DNA from: Vulcanimicrobiota bacterium
GTDB taxonomy: Bacteria > Vulcanimicrobiota > Vulcanimicrobiia > Vulcanimicrobiales > Vulcanimicrobiaceae
NCBI GenBank assembly: GCA_963812155.1
Contig: CAWETW010000002.1
Location: 160,001-224,000, forward strand
Reading direction: 5' to 3'
DNA: 64,000 bases
Part shown: piece by piece, positions 20,795 to 29,506 of the stretch
Numbering within the stretch: the first letter of the stretch is position 1
Layout: every line of letters begins with the position of its first letter
Made by a program: the position numbers and the translations under genes
Notes under the pieces: generated by a model
The model's database searches: none
What the model saw: only the letters and a program-made list of their open reading frames with translations
Told to the model about the DNA's origin: nothing

Positions 20795-22438
20795 ATGGAA
20801 ATGCCCTCGCACGAATGGTTGCGCGGCATTGCGGCATTGACGTTGGCGGCCGCCCTCTCCGGATCCGCCGTTTCTGCCGCCGGAGCCAGCGGATCCGCTC
20901 CAAGCCGAACGGCCGTGCCGCCCGATATTCAAGCCGTCTTTCAAAAGCCGGCGTATGCCAAAGGCGTGTGGGGGCTGCGCGTTCTCGACGGCCAGAACGT
21001 GCTCGTCGATTACAACTCGCAACGGCAGTTCTACATCGGATCGGTTCGCAAAGTCTTCAGCGTCGGGCAACTGCTCAATGCCGTCGGGCCGAGCCACAGC
21101 TACGACACGCCCGTCTACCGCAGCGGCACCATCGACGCAAACGGCGTGCTTCACGGTAACCTCATCGTCGTAGCGTCCGGCGATCTCACGATGGGCGGCC
21201 GCACCAATCCGGACGGAACGATTGCGGTCAGCGATTGGGATCATAACGAAGCCGATGGCCTCGGCAATGCCGTTCTCACCAAACCCAATCCGCTCGCCGG
21301 GTATGCGAAGCTCGCCCGAGCCGTGAAATCGGCCGGAATCAAGCGGGTTTCCGGAAACGTCGTTATCGACGACCGGTTGTTTGCGCCGTTCTTCTTTCGC
21401 GATCAATTCTACGTACGCCCGATTTTCGTCAACGACGACGTCGTCGATCTTTCGATGGTGCCCGGCAGCAGCGCCGGCGCACTCGTCAACGTTTCGACGC
21501 GCCCGGTCTCTGCCGCGCTCGACGTCGTCAACCAACTGCGCGTCGGCGCGGCCGGCAGCAAAAACACGCTGAAGATCGAACCGGAACTGCTGCAATGCAT
21601 CGGCAAGCGCGGATGCACGGCCACGATTTCGGGAACCCTGCCGAGCGACTTCAAGCCCCCGCTCACCGGGCAGCCGGCGCTCGTACAGACGATTCGTATC
21701 GTGCAGCCTTCGAACTACGCGCGCACGGTCTTCATCGAAGAACTGCGCAACGCCGGCGTCACCGTTGCAGCGCCCGACGTTGGAGGAAATCCCGTCGCGC
21801 TGCTTCCGCCGAAAAACTCGTACCGCCCCTCCGATAAGGTGGCTGCGCTGACCGGCATGCGCTACGGCCAAAACGCAAAGTTCGTTCTCAAGATCAGTTA
21901 CAACATCGGAGCCGACACGAGTCTCGTGCTGTTGGGAGTAAAAAACCACGCACCTTCAATGAACGCTGCACTGGCGTACGAGCGCAACGATCTACGCGCG
22001 CATTGGGGGATCGCCGCCAACCAATACCATTTCATCGACGGCAGCGGCGGAGGCGAGACGACCGCGACCAACACCGCGGTGACACGGATGCTGGAAGAAC
22101 TCGCGAAGAGCCCAGCGCATCGCGCGTTCGTCGACGCCCTGCCGATTCTCGGCGTCGACGGGTCGCTGGGATTCGTCAAGAATTTCCAGTCGGATGCAAG
22201 CTTAGCCGGCGCCGCGGGAAACGTCCGTGCAAAGACCGGAACCTACGTCGGCGCCTCCGCGACCGGCGGCATGGAACTGAAGGGGCAGGCGCTCGGCGGA
22301 TACATCACCACAAAGCGCGGTCGCCATCTCACCTTCGAATTGGTCGTAAACAACATTCCGATGTCCGGCATCAACGATCTCATCGGCGTCTTTCAGGATC
22401 AAGGCGCCATTGCGGCAAGCTTGTGGCGAGACTACTAG
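20795..22438 (+). CDS. D-Ala-D-Ala carboxypeptidase/endopeptidase (peptidase S13, PBP4-like), secreted
   Basis: Signal peptide; SVRK (SxxK), SYN (SxN), DGSG, AKTGT. Confidence 0.88.
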   Translation: MEMPSHEWLRGIAALTLAAALSGSAVSAAGASGSAPSRTAVPPDIQAVFQKPAYAKGVWGLRVLDGQNVLVDYNSQRQFYIGSVRKVFSVGQLLNAVGPSHSYDTPVYRSGTIDANGVLHGNLIVVASGDLTMGGRTNPDGTIAVSDWDHNEADGLGNAVLTKPNPLAGYAKLARAVKSAGIKRVSGNVVIDDRLFAPFFFRDQFYVRPIFVNDDVVDLSMVPGSSAGALVNVSTRPVSAALDVVNQLRVGAAGSKNTLKIEPELLQCIGKRGCTATISGTLPSDFKPPLTGQPALVQTIRIVQPSNYARTVFIEELRNAGVTVAAPDVGGNPVALLPPKNSYRPSDKVAALTGMRYGQNAKFVLKISYNIGADTSLVLLGVKNHAPSMNAALAYERNDLRAHWGIAANQYHFIDGSGGGETTATNTAVTRMLEELAKSPAHRAFVDALPILGVDGSLGFVKNFQSDASLAGAAGNVRAKTGTYVGASATGGMELKGQALGGYITTKRGRHLTFELVVNNIPMSGINDLIGVFQDQGAIAASLWRDY

Positions 22439-22455
22439 CGGTCTCCTAAAAGAAA

Positions 22456-22485
22456 ACTGACCGGTTCGATTGCGAACCGGTCAGT
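22456..22485. terminator. Bidirectional intrinsic terminator
   Basis: actgaccggttcg-attg-cgaaccggtcagt, 13-bp stem between convergent genes, A-run on the left. Confidence 0.75.
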
Positions 22486-22515
22486 GTGGTTTTCGAATCG
22501 GCTAGCGGGGCCGCT

Positions 22516-23250
22516 TCACGGAGTGAGCATCGGCAACGCTTTTCGAATCTCGTTGACCCTCGCTTCGCTGAACGTTTGCCTCCCGACCAGCGTGATCGTT
22601 CCGGTCGTGTAGGTGGCGCCGCCTTGCTGCTTCAGCGTCATCTTTCCGGATCCGCCCTTGCTCGAAAGCTTTGAGATCACGAGCGACGCGATCGGACCCT
22701 CTTCCACGGTCTTACTGTTGTAGTTGAACGATGCGAGGTTTGGAGTACCGAGCGTCTCTCCGCTAAACTTGAGATCGCGTAACGGCTTTCCATCCGTCGT
22801 CGTGAACAGAATCGCGCAGCCGTTCTGCTTGTTCGCGGTCGCGAACGTTCCCCAGTAGTAGTAGACCTGCTGCGGCTTGGGCGTCGGCGTCGGTTTCGGC
22901 GTCGGCGTCGGTTTCGGCGTCGGCGTTGGTTTCGGCGTCGGCGTCGGCTTGGGCGTCGGCGTGGCCTTCGTATAGCTGGTCAGCACCCACAGCGCCTCAT
23001 TCGTTTGTTTGGTCGCGGTGAACGTCGTGCCCTTGACCTGTCCGAGCGCGAAGTAACTCAAATACTTTCCGGGAATTTTGCGCTTCGGCGCGGTGCACGA
23101 CGGCGTTCCCGCCGCCGGCGACATTTGATCGGTTGACGCATCACCCGGCGCAACCGACGGCGTAAAACCCGTACCGGCTGCATGACACGCGACCAGCAAC
23201 GTTGCCACAAAGAGTGCAACGCCGCCGTAAAGTGGAGACCTCTTGATCAC
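22516..23250 (-). CDS. Hypothetical lipoprotein with internal (TPTPKP)5 tract
   Basis: SD GGAGG, GTG start, lipobox LVAC. Confidence 0.8.
   Translation of the reverse strand: MIKRSPLYGGVALFVATLLVACHAAGTGFTPSVAPGDASTDQMSPAAGTPSCTAPKRKIPGKYLSYFALGQVKGTTFTATKQTNEALWVLTSYTKATPTPKPTPTPKPTPTPKPTPTPKPTPTPKPQQVYYYWGTFATANKQNGCAILFTTTDGKPLRDLKFSGETLGTPNLASFNYNSKTVEEGPIASLVISKLSSKGGSGKMTLKQQGGATYTTGTITLVGRQTFSEARVNEIRKALPMLTP
22873..22962 (-). repeat. Coding tandem repeat, 5 x 18 bp
   Basis: cgg(t/c)tt(c/g)ggcgtcggcgt-type units encoding TPTPKP. Confidence 0.9.
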
Positions 23251-23391
23251 GATCCGAATCCTCCAAAAGAAGCTGGCTGCGGGCTCTTTGGGGTCGAGAC
23301 CGCCGATTCATCTTTTGAGGAACGCAAGCGTGGGGTAGAATACCTGCTCCCTGGGTGGAATCGTTGCCTGCCGCCCGAAATCGTCCTCGAC

Positions 23392-24447
23392 ATGAAGGTG
23401 ACCGAGCCGGCGCGCGCCGACCGCGTGCGTCTTACCCATCGCAGTACCTGCGCGGGATGCGCCGCCAAGGTACAGGCGAGCATCCTTGCGGATATTTTGC
23501 GGCGGCTGCCTCCGATTACGGATGCCAACGTTCTCGTTGGGCATTCGAGCGGTGACGACGCCGGCGTCTACCGTCTCGACGACGAACGCGCGCTCGTTCA
23601 AACGGTCGATTTCTTTCCGCCGATCGTCGACGATCCGTACGATTACGGCCGGATTGCCGCCGCCAATGCGCTTTCCGACGTTTACGCAATGGGCGCGCGG
23701 CCGCTGTGCGCGCTCGCGATCGCGGCATTTCCGGAAGACCTCGATGCAGATTTCGTCGCCGCGATTTTGCGCGGCGGCATCGACGTTGCCGCGCAAGCCG
23801 GCATTGCCGTCATCGGCGGCCACACGATTGCGGACGACGAACCGAAGTACGGTTTGGCGGTGACGGGAGTCGTCCGACCGGATCGGATTCTGCGCAACGA
23901 CACCGGACGTGCCGGCGACGTGCTGATTCTGACCAAGCCGCTTGGCACCGGGATTCTGACCACCGCTCGGCGAGGCGATGCAATAGATGAAGCAACTCTC
24001 GCGCCCGCCGTAGACTCTATGGTGACGCTTAATCGCGCCGCGAGCGAAGTCGCGGCGGGATTCGACGTTCGTGCGATGACCGACGTGACGGGCTTCGGAC
24101 TGTTAGGCCATTTGCGCGAGATGTTGGCCGGCCGCCTGGGCGCGCGCATCGGCGCTGCGTCGGTACCGCTGCTTCCGGAAGCGTTGTCGTTGGCAGCCAA
24201 AGATTTCGTGCCGGGCGGCACGCGAAAAAATCTGGCGGCCGCCCGGGAAAACGGCGTGCGCTTCGACGCCCGTCTCCCGGAGGGACTCGCGACCGTCTTG
24301 TGCGACGCACAGACCTCCGGCGGCCTCTTGATCGCGATCGGCGAGGAAGACGCAACACCGCTCGTGGCGGCGCTTCACGAAGCCGGAATCATTGCGGCGT
24401 CTATCATCGGCGCGCTTACCGCATCGGGCAGCGTCGAAGTCGTATAA
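23392..24447 (+). CDS. selD: Selenide, water dikinase (Cys form)
   Basis: CAGCAAK, DDAGVY, QTVDFFPPIVDDPY, NALSDVYAMG, TDVTGFGLLGH, DAQTSGGLL. Confidence 0.95.
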   Translation: MKVTEPARADRVRLTHRSTCAGCAAKVQASILADILRRLPPITDANVLVGHSSGDDAGVYRLDDERALVQTVDFFPPIVDDPYDYGRIAAANALSDVYAMGARPLCALAIAAFPEDLDADFVAAILRGGIDVAAQAGIAVIGGHTIADDEPKYGLAVTGVVRPDRILRNDTGRAGDVLILTKPLGTGILTTARRGDAIDEATLAPAVDSMVTLNRAASEVAAGFDVRAMTDVTGFGLLGHLREMLAGRLGARIGAASVPLLPEALSLAAKDFVPGGTRKNLAAARENGVRFDARLPEGLATVLCDAQTSGGLLIAIGEEDATPLVAALHEAGIIAASIIGALTASGSVEVV

Positions 24448-24475
24448 CCGGCTCCGGGGGTGCGCGACGCCACGC

Positions 24476-24516
24476 TTGACGGCGTTCATAGTTAGCTGTA
24501 TAGTTATATAACTATA
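24476..24516 (+). promoter_or_regulatory. Promoter and palindromic operator of the ArsR gene
   Basis: TTGACG-N17-TATAGT; perfect 18-bp palindrome TATAGTTATATAACTATA at 24499-24516. Confidence 0.75.
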
Positions 24517-24860
24517 TGGTTAATCAAACGCGGATAGATGCGGTCTTTGCGGCTCTCGCCGATCCGACGAGGCGCCGGATGGTCGAACGCCTGGCGCGCG
24601 GTTCGATGAGTGTCGGGGAGATTGCCCAGGGCTTTGCGATCTCGCAGCCCGGAATCTCCAAGCACGTCAGAGTGCTCGAAGAAGCCGGCTTGCTTAAGCG
24701 CGAGGTCGTCGGCCGCGTACACCACTGCACCATCGATCGCAAGGCGATGGAAACCGCGTCGGCGTGGTTCGAACGACAGCGCCGGTTCTGGAACGCCACG
24801 CTGGATCGCCTCGACACCTACCTCACATCGCCACCGAAAGCACGGAGGAAGCATTCATGA
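24516..24860 (+). CDS. ArsR/SmtB family transcriptional regulator
   Basis: FAALADPTRR, ISKHVRVLEEAGL, FWNATLDRL. Confidence 0.92.
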   Translation: MVNQTRIDAVFAALADPTRRRMVERLARGSMSVGEIAQGFAISQPGISKHVRVLEEAGLLKREVVGRVHHCTIDRKAMETASAWFERQRRFWNATLDRLDTYLTSPPKARRKHS

Positions 24861-25678
24861 GTTCCACACCTGCGGCCGAATCGACGAGGCTCGAGTTGCG
24901 GCGCACCTATCCGGTCGCCCGCGAACGCCTTTTCGACGCATGGACCACGCCCGACGCGATCAAACAATTCTACGGACCGAAGGACGTCGTCATCAGCGAC
25001 GCGTCGGTCGATCTGCGCGTGGGCGGCGCTTACCGTATTGCCATGACACATCCGGACGGCGATGTCTGGATCGTCAAAGGCATCTATCGCGAACTCGATC
25101 CTCCGTCGAAGATCGAGTGTACGTGGGTCTGGGAAGAGGACGACCCCAAACTCGAACACGAGTCTCTGTTGACGCTCGAGTTTCTCGACCGCGGCGAGGA
25201 AAGCGAACTGGTGTTGACGCACGATCGCTTCCGCGACGCGACCCAACGCGATAATCACGAATCGGGCTGGTCGACGATCCTAGCGCAACTGGATGGCTTC
25301 ATGCGGCCGTTTCGCATCGCCGGCATCGATCTGAGCGGCTACATGGTCAACGACGCGCAGCGCGCCATCGGCTTTTATCGCGACGTGCTGGGCCTCGAGC
25401 CGTCGCGCGTGTATCCGGAGAACCGGGGTGCCGAATACGAACTGCCGGATGGGACGGTCTTCGGTCTGTGGGGCGGCGGAGGAAAAGTGATGCCGTTCCA
25501 GCCGAGCAACGGCATCCTGTTTGCCGTCGGCGATTTTGCAGGCGCCGTGGCAACCTTGAAGGCGCGCGGCATTCCGATCGTACGCGAGATCGAGACGCCC
25601 AACTGCCGGATGGCGATGATCGAGGACACCGAAGGTAACCTCATTACGCTGCACGAGCGCAAAGCCGGCGCCGTTTAA
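24857..25678 (+). CDS. SRPBCC (AHSA1-like) domain fused to VOC/glyoxalase domain
   Basis: ATGA overlap; LFDAWT, DLRVGGAY, HESGW, then FYRDVLGL, DTEGNLITLH. Confidence 0.85.
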   Translation: MSSTPAAESTRLELRRTYPVARERLFDAWTTPDAIKQFYGPKDVVISDASVDLRVGGAYRIAMTHPDGDVWIVKGIYRELDPPSKIECTWVWEEDDPKLEHESLLTLEFLDRGEESELVLTHDRFRDATQRDNHESGWSTILAQLDGFMRPFRIAGIDLSGYMVNDAQRAIGFYRDVLGLEPSRVYPENRGAEYELPDGTVFGLWGGGGKVMPFQPSNGILFAVGDFAGAVATLKARGIPIVREIETPNCRMAMIEDTEGNLITLHERKAGAV

Positions 25679-25709
25679 CGCGCGCCCGCAGGGCTTTCGG
25701 CTGCATGAG

Positions 25710-25741
25710 AAACGGGCCGCGCGGATGCGCGGCCCGTTTTG
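25710..25741. terminator. Bidirectional intrinsic terminator
   Basis: aaacgggccgcgc-ggat-gcgcggcccgttttt. Confidence 0.8.
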
Positions 25742-25766
25742 CCTTCGATCGCCCAGTGCGATCGCG

Positions 25767-28151
25767 TTACAGGCCGTTGGCCAGTGCCCAGCCCTTCGGA
25801 GCTCCGATTCCCGCGGCCTGATTGTAGTGCGTCGCGTTACACGAATAGGCGCCGTTACTGCCCGACGTGCACGGCGTGTAGTACGTGCTGTATCCCGTTG
25901 AGGAGAACAAGCTGTAGACCGTCGGATCGATCCATCCGAGTTTCGTTCCGTGAAGTTCGTTGGCTTCGACGATCAACGCGACCGAGGCCGGCGAAGACCA
26001 CGAGGTTCCCAGATACTCGCCCCAACTGCCGCCCGTATAGACTGCGACGGGGAAGAACGGCAGCGAGAAGTCGGGTTGATTGCGCCCCGACGTGATCATC
26101 CCGGTGATGCCGCTTTGATAACTCGGAAGCGCGAAGACCGTTGAGACGCCGCCTCCACCCGAGTCGCCGTCGGCGGTGCCCATGGTAACGGTTTGAAGCA
26201 CGCCTTGACTCGTATCGGTGAAGTTGATGCCGCCGATCGACGTGAAGTACGGATCGCCGGCAGGAGCGCTTACGCCTTTGCTGCCGCTGCATTCGTTGCT
26301 TCCGGTGTCACCGCTCGACGCCGAGAATTCGACGCCTTCGGAGGCACCTTGTTCGGCGATCGAGTTTGTCGAATCGTCGAACGAAACGTCGCTCGATTCG
26401 CAGCCGCCGAACGACGAGTTGACGGACGTCGCCTTCCCGTCGGTCAACGCTTTATTATAGGTATCTTCAATCTGCTGATCGCCGAGCGATCCCATGTCGT
26501 ACACGATGATATTTGCGCCGGGGGCCAATCCCGCGATCGTTTGCACGTCGAGATCGGTTTCCGGCTCGTCACCGCTGCCGCCGCCGTCGACGGCGACGTT
26601 AGTCACGGTGCCGGTTTCCGTCACGCCGGCAGCCGTCAAATACTTAGACAGATAGCTGCTGTTCACCGGATCGTCGATGGCAATGGCTGCCGTGTAGCCG
26701 GCACCGTTGCACCCGTGCTGAACGGGGAAATCGAACGGTTTGGCGACGCCGGTCGCCAGCGTTCCGGAAGAGTTGGTCAGCGGCCCGTTATCGGGTGCCG
26801 CGCCGTTACAGCCTCCGCCGGGTGTCGACGATGGTGACGGAGTCGGCGTCGGCGGCGCCGTCGGAGTTGCGGTTGGCTGGGACGTTGGCGTCGACGTCGG
26901 CTGTGACGTCGGCGTTGCCGTCGGCTTCGCGGTCGGCGTGGGCGAGGGCGTCGGCGTCGGCGATCCTACCCACGTCACGTTATCGACGTATTGATAGACG
27001 TACGTTTGACTGTAGCCGTCGCCGTAGGAACCGAAGTAAATGTAGTCGGTCTGACCGGCCCACCTGTTGAGATTGACTTGGTAGTTCACCCAGCCGTTGG
27101 TGTTGTTCACGGTCTTGTAGAAGGTCGTGAGGATGCCGCCGCTCTGATTGAGCAGGTAGGCAGCCTGAAACGCGTACCTCGTACTGGTCTCGTTCGTTCC
27201 TTGGTAGACCCAGAAGCTCAGGACGCCTTTCGACGGAACTTTCACGATTTGCGCGACCGACGCCCACCCGTTGACTTCGGGCGGCTGCAGCGAGCCCATA
27301 AATGCCGAGTACGAGCCTTGCTGGGCTCGCGCGGTCGTGATCGAAAGGTAGGTCGACTGCGTGCTTTCGTTGATCCAGCCCGGATTGACAGAGCCCGTCT
27401 CGAAACTTCCGTTGACGAGATTGCCGGAAGAATCGTCGGGCCGAATACCGAGCGGAATAACGGTGCGTCCGTTTGCGTCGCGCTTGAACTGCGGCAGCGT
27501 GCGCTGCGTCTCGACGCCGCTCTGTTCGGCGACCGTTCGCACGACGACGAGATTATTGAGGGAAACGTCGCGCACGAGCGGCGCAATGTCTGAAGGCAAC
27601 GTCGCCGGCGCCACGTTCGTGTAACGCTCGCCGTACTTGCCCTGACGAACCGTGTGGATTTCGGTGGAGAAAAAGCGTTCGGCTACAGCCGTTCGCGCCG
27701 TCGCATCGACGATGGTGCGATTGGGAAAACGTTGGACGATCGTAAAGCCGGCGCGCTCCAGCGCGCGAGCGACGCGCTCTTCTTGCGCCGCCGTGGGCGC
27801 ATAGCGTTCGGCAAACTGCGTTGCGGTAAGAAAACGGTGCCGGCCTACGCCCGGCGCGGCCGCGTTGGCCACGAATGCGTCGAGTTCCGACTGATTATTA
27901 TAGCGCAGCGTGAGCGAAACTCGGACCATTTGGTTCTGTGGACGCCGTCCGGCATCGGTGTATGCGAGATTTCCGGAGAGTCTCGGAATCGAAATCAAGG
28001 GCTTATCGGGCGCCGACGTCCGGACGGAAGAATTCGTGGACGTTCCGTTCGCCGGAGCGAGCCCCGGTAGCGACGAGTTCTGGCCGCCGCAAGCGGTGAG
28101 CGTCAGTGCCAGCCCTACGGTTGACGCGATCACGCGTGATGATCGTTTCAA
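25767..28151 (-). CDS. Sedolisin/kumamolisin (S53) serine peptidase lipoprotein with inserted CBM-like domain and Pro/Thr linker
   Basis: Lipobox LTAC; prodomain; ETDLD, SSGDTG, GTSWSSP, YNQAAGIGAP. Confidence 0.88.
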   Translation of the reverse strand: MKRSSRVIASTVGLALTLTACGGQNSSLPGLAPANGTSTNSSVRTSAPDKPLISIPRLSGNLAYTDAGRRPQNQMVRVSLTLRYNNQSELDAFVANAAAPGVGRHRFLTATQFAERYAPTAAQEERVARALERAGFTIVQRFPNRTIVDATARTAVAERFFSTEIHTVRQGKYGERYTNVAPATLPSDIAPLVRDVSLNNLVVVRTVAEQSGVETQRTLPQFKRDANGRTVIPLGIRPDDSSGNLVNGSFETGSVNPGWINESTQSTYLSITTARAQQGSYSAFMGSLQPPEVNGWASVAQIVKVPSKGVLSFWVYQGTNETSTRYAFQAAYLLNQSGGILTTFYKTVNNTNGWVNYQVNLNRWAGQTDYIYFGSYGDGYSQTYVYQYVDNVTWVGSPTPTPSPTPTAKPTATPTSQPTSTPTSQPTATPTAPPTPTPSPSSTPGGGCNGAAPDNGPLTNSSGTLATGVAKPFDFPVQHGCNGAGYTAAIAIDDPVNSSYLSKYLTAAGVTETGTVTNVAVDGGGSGDEPETDLDVQTIAGLAPGANIIVYDMGSLGDQQIEDTYNKALTDGKATSVNSSFGGCESSDVSFDDSTNSIAEQGASEGVEFSASSGDTGSNECSGSKGVSAPAGDPYFTSIGGINFTDTSQGVLQTVTMGTADGDSGGGGVSTVFALPSYQSGITGMITSGRNQPDFSLPFFPVAVYTGGSWGEYLGTSWSSPASVALIVEANELHGTKLGWIDPTVYSLFSSTGYSTYYTPCTSGSNGAYSCNATHYNQAAGIGAPKGWALANGL

Positions 28152-28360
28152 GTGCGTGCCTCCTCACGTTTCAGTAGCTAACTGGGTCGTGGGAGGCAGG
28201 TTCTCCAGCCCTCCTGCCACACCCGCCCCTTGCAAGCTTTGGCGCCTCGCCCAAGCAACCTCCAATCAGAGAACGGGAGGGAACGGGCGCGGAGCACTTG
28301 GCAAGCAGCCTCTCGTTTCCCAGACCACCGTGCGGCCGGAATGGAGCAGCTTAGTTAGGG

Positions 28361-29506
28361 TTACGAGCGCGGCCAGTATTTCAGCGACGTGCCCGTATTG
28401 AACAGTACGATCGGTTCCGGCAACCGCGTTCCGGCTGCCCGCAGCGATCGAAGACCCGCGAGCGTCGCAGCGCCTTCTTCCGTCACGTCGATGCCTTCAC
28501 GGCGGTGGATTTCGCGCATTGCCGCAAAGGCGGATTCATCGGTGACTGCAACGGCGTGGCCGCGCGACTCGCGCAGTGCTTTGAGCGACAGCCGATCGCC
28601 GATTCCGCCGGGTACGCGTAGGCCCCACATCGCGGTCCGGCCGTTTTCAACTCGTGCGGCGGATTCCTCACCAGCGTGGAATGCCCGCACGATCGGCGCG
28701 CAGCCGTCGGCTTGCACGCACACCATCACCGGGCGCGCCGTGCCGATCCAACCCAACGTTTCCTGTTCGCCGAAGGCCTTCCACATTGCGACGAGGCCGG
28801 TGCCGCCGCCCGTCGGATAAACGATGGTTCCAGGTACGCGGCCGAGCTGCTCGACCAACTCGTAGGCCATCGTCTTTTTACCTTCGACGCGATATGGCTC
28901 ACGGAACGTCGCACAGTTGAAGGAGCCGCTCTCTCGAGCATATTCGGCCGCCAAGCGCCCCGCATCGTCAATCAGGCCGTCAACAAGCACCACTTCGGCG
29001 CCGTATCCCCGCATCTCGTCGAGCAACAATGCCGGCGTGTCGCGCGGAACGTACACCCGCACCGGCATTCCGGCGCGTGCGCCGTAAGCCGCAAGCGCGC
29101 TGCCGGCATTACCGGCGCTCGGAGCGACGAGCGCGCGGGCGCCGAGACGCTTAGCGACCGTCACGGCGACGGACATGCCGCGCGATTTGAACGACCCCGT
29201 GGGATTCTGGGCCTCGTCTTTGACGTACAGCGGTCCGTCTCCGAACTCTTTGCTCAAGGCAGTTGCCGCGAGTAGCGGCGTCGCGCCTTCACCGAGCGAA
29301 ATCGGTTCCTCTCGTTCACCGATGGGCAGCATCTCGCGGTAGCGCCACATCGTCCAAGGCCGCGGAGTGACCGTCGCGCGCGACATCTCCACGGCCGAAT
29401 AGCGCGCCAGCAACGGCGCACCATCGTGCGGACACGTACCGGCTAGAGCATCTGCCGGCACGCGATGCGATGCATCGCGCGAACACTCTAAACGTTGCGG
29501 CAGCAT
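28361..29506 (-). CDS. Threonine-synthase-like PLP enzyme
   Basis: SLGEGATP, NPTGSFKSRG, PSAGNAG, EPYRVEGKKTM, PTGGGTG; start overlaps permease stop (TGATG). Confidence 0.85.
   Translation of the reverse strand: MLPQRLECSRDASHRVPADALAGTCPHDGAPLLARYSAVEMSRATVTPRPWTMWRYREMLPIGEREEPISLGEGATPLLAATALSKEFGDGPLYVKDEAQNPTGSFKSRGMSVAVTVAKRLGARALVAPSAGNAGSALAAYGARAGMPVRVYVPRDTPALLLDEMRGYGAEVVLVDGLIDDAGRLAAEYARESGSFNCATFREPYRVEGKKTMAYELVEQLGRVPGTIVYPTGGGTGLVAMWKAFGEQETLGWIGTARPVMVCVQADGCAPIVRAFHAGEESAARVENGRTAMWGLRVPGGIGDRLSLKALRESRGHAVAVTDESAFAAMREIHRREGIDVTEEGAATLAGLRSLRAAGTRLPEPIVLFNTGTSLKYWPRS

Noticed and set aside
26838..26962. Repetitive GTCGGC tract as a CRISPR or non-coding repeat
   Set aside because: Encodes the Pro/Thr linker of the S53 peptidase; no spacers or cas genes
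28152..28360. Riboswitch in the S53 peptidase leader
   Set aside because: Some pairing potential, but no match to aptamer consensus that I could recognise; needs an Infernal scan
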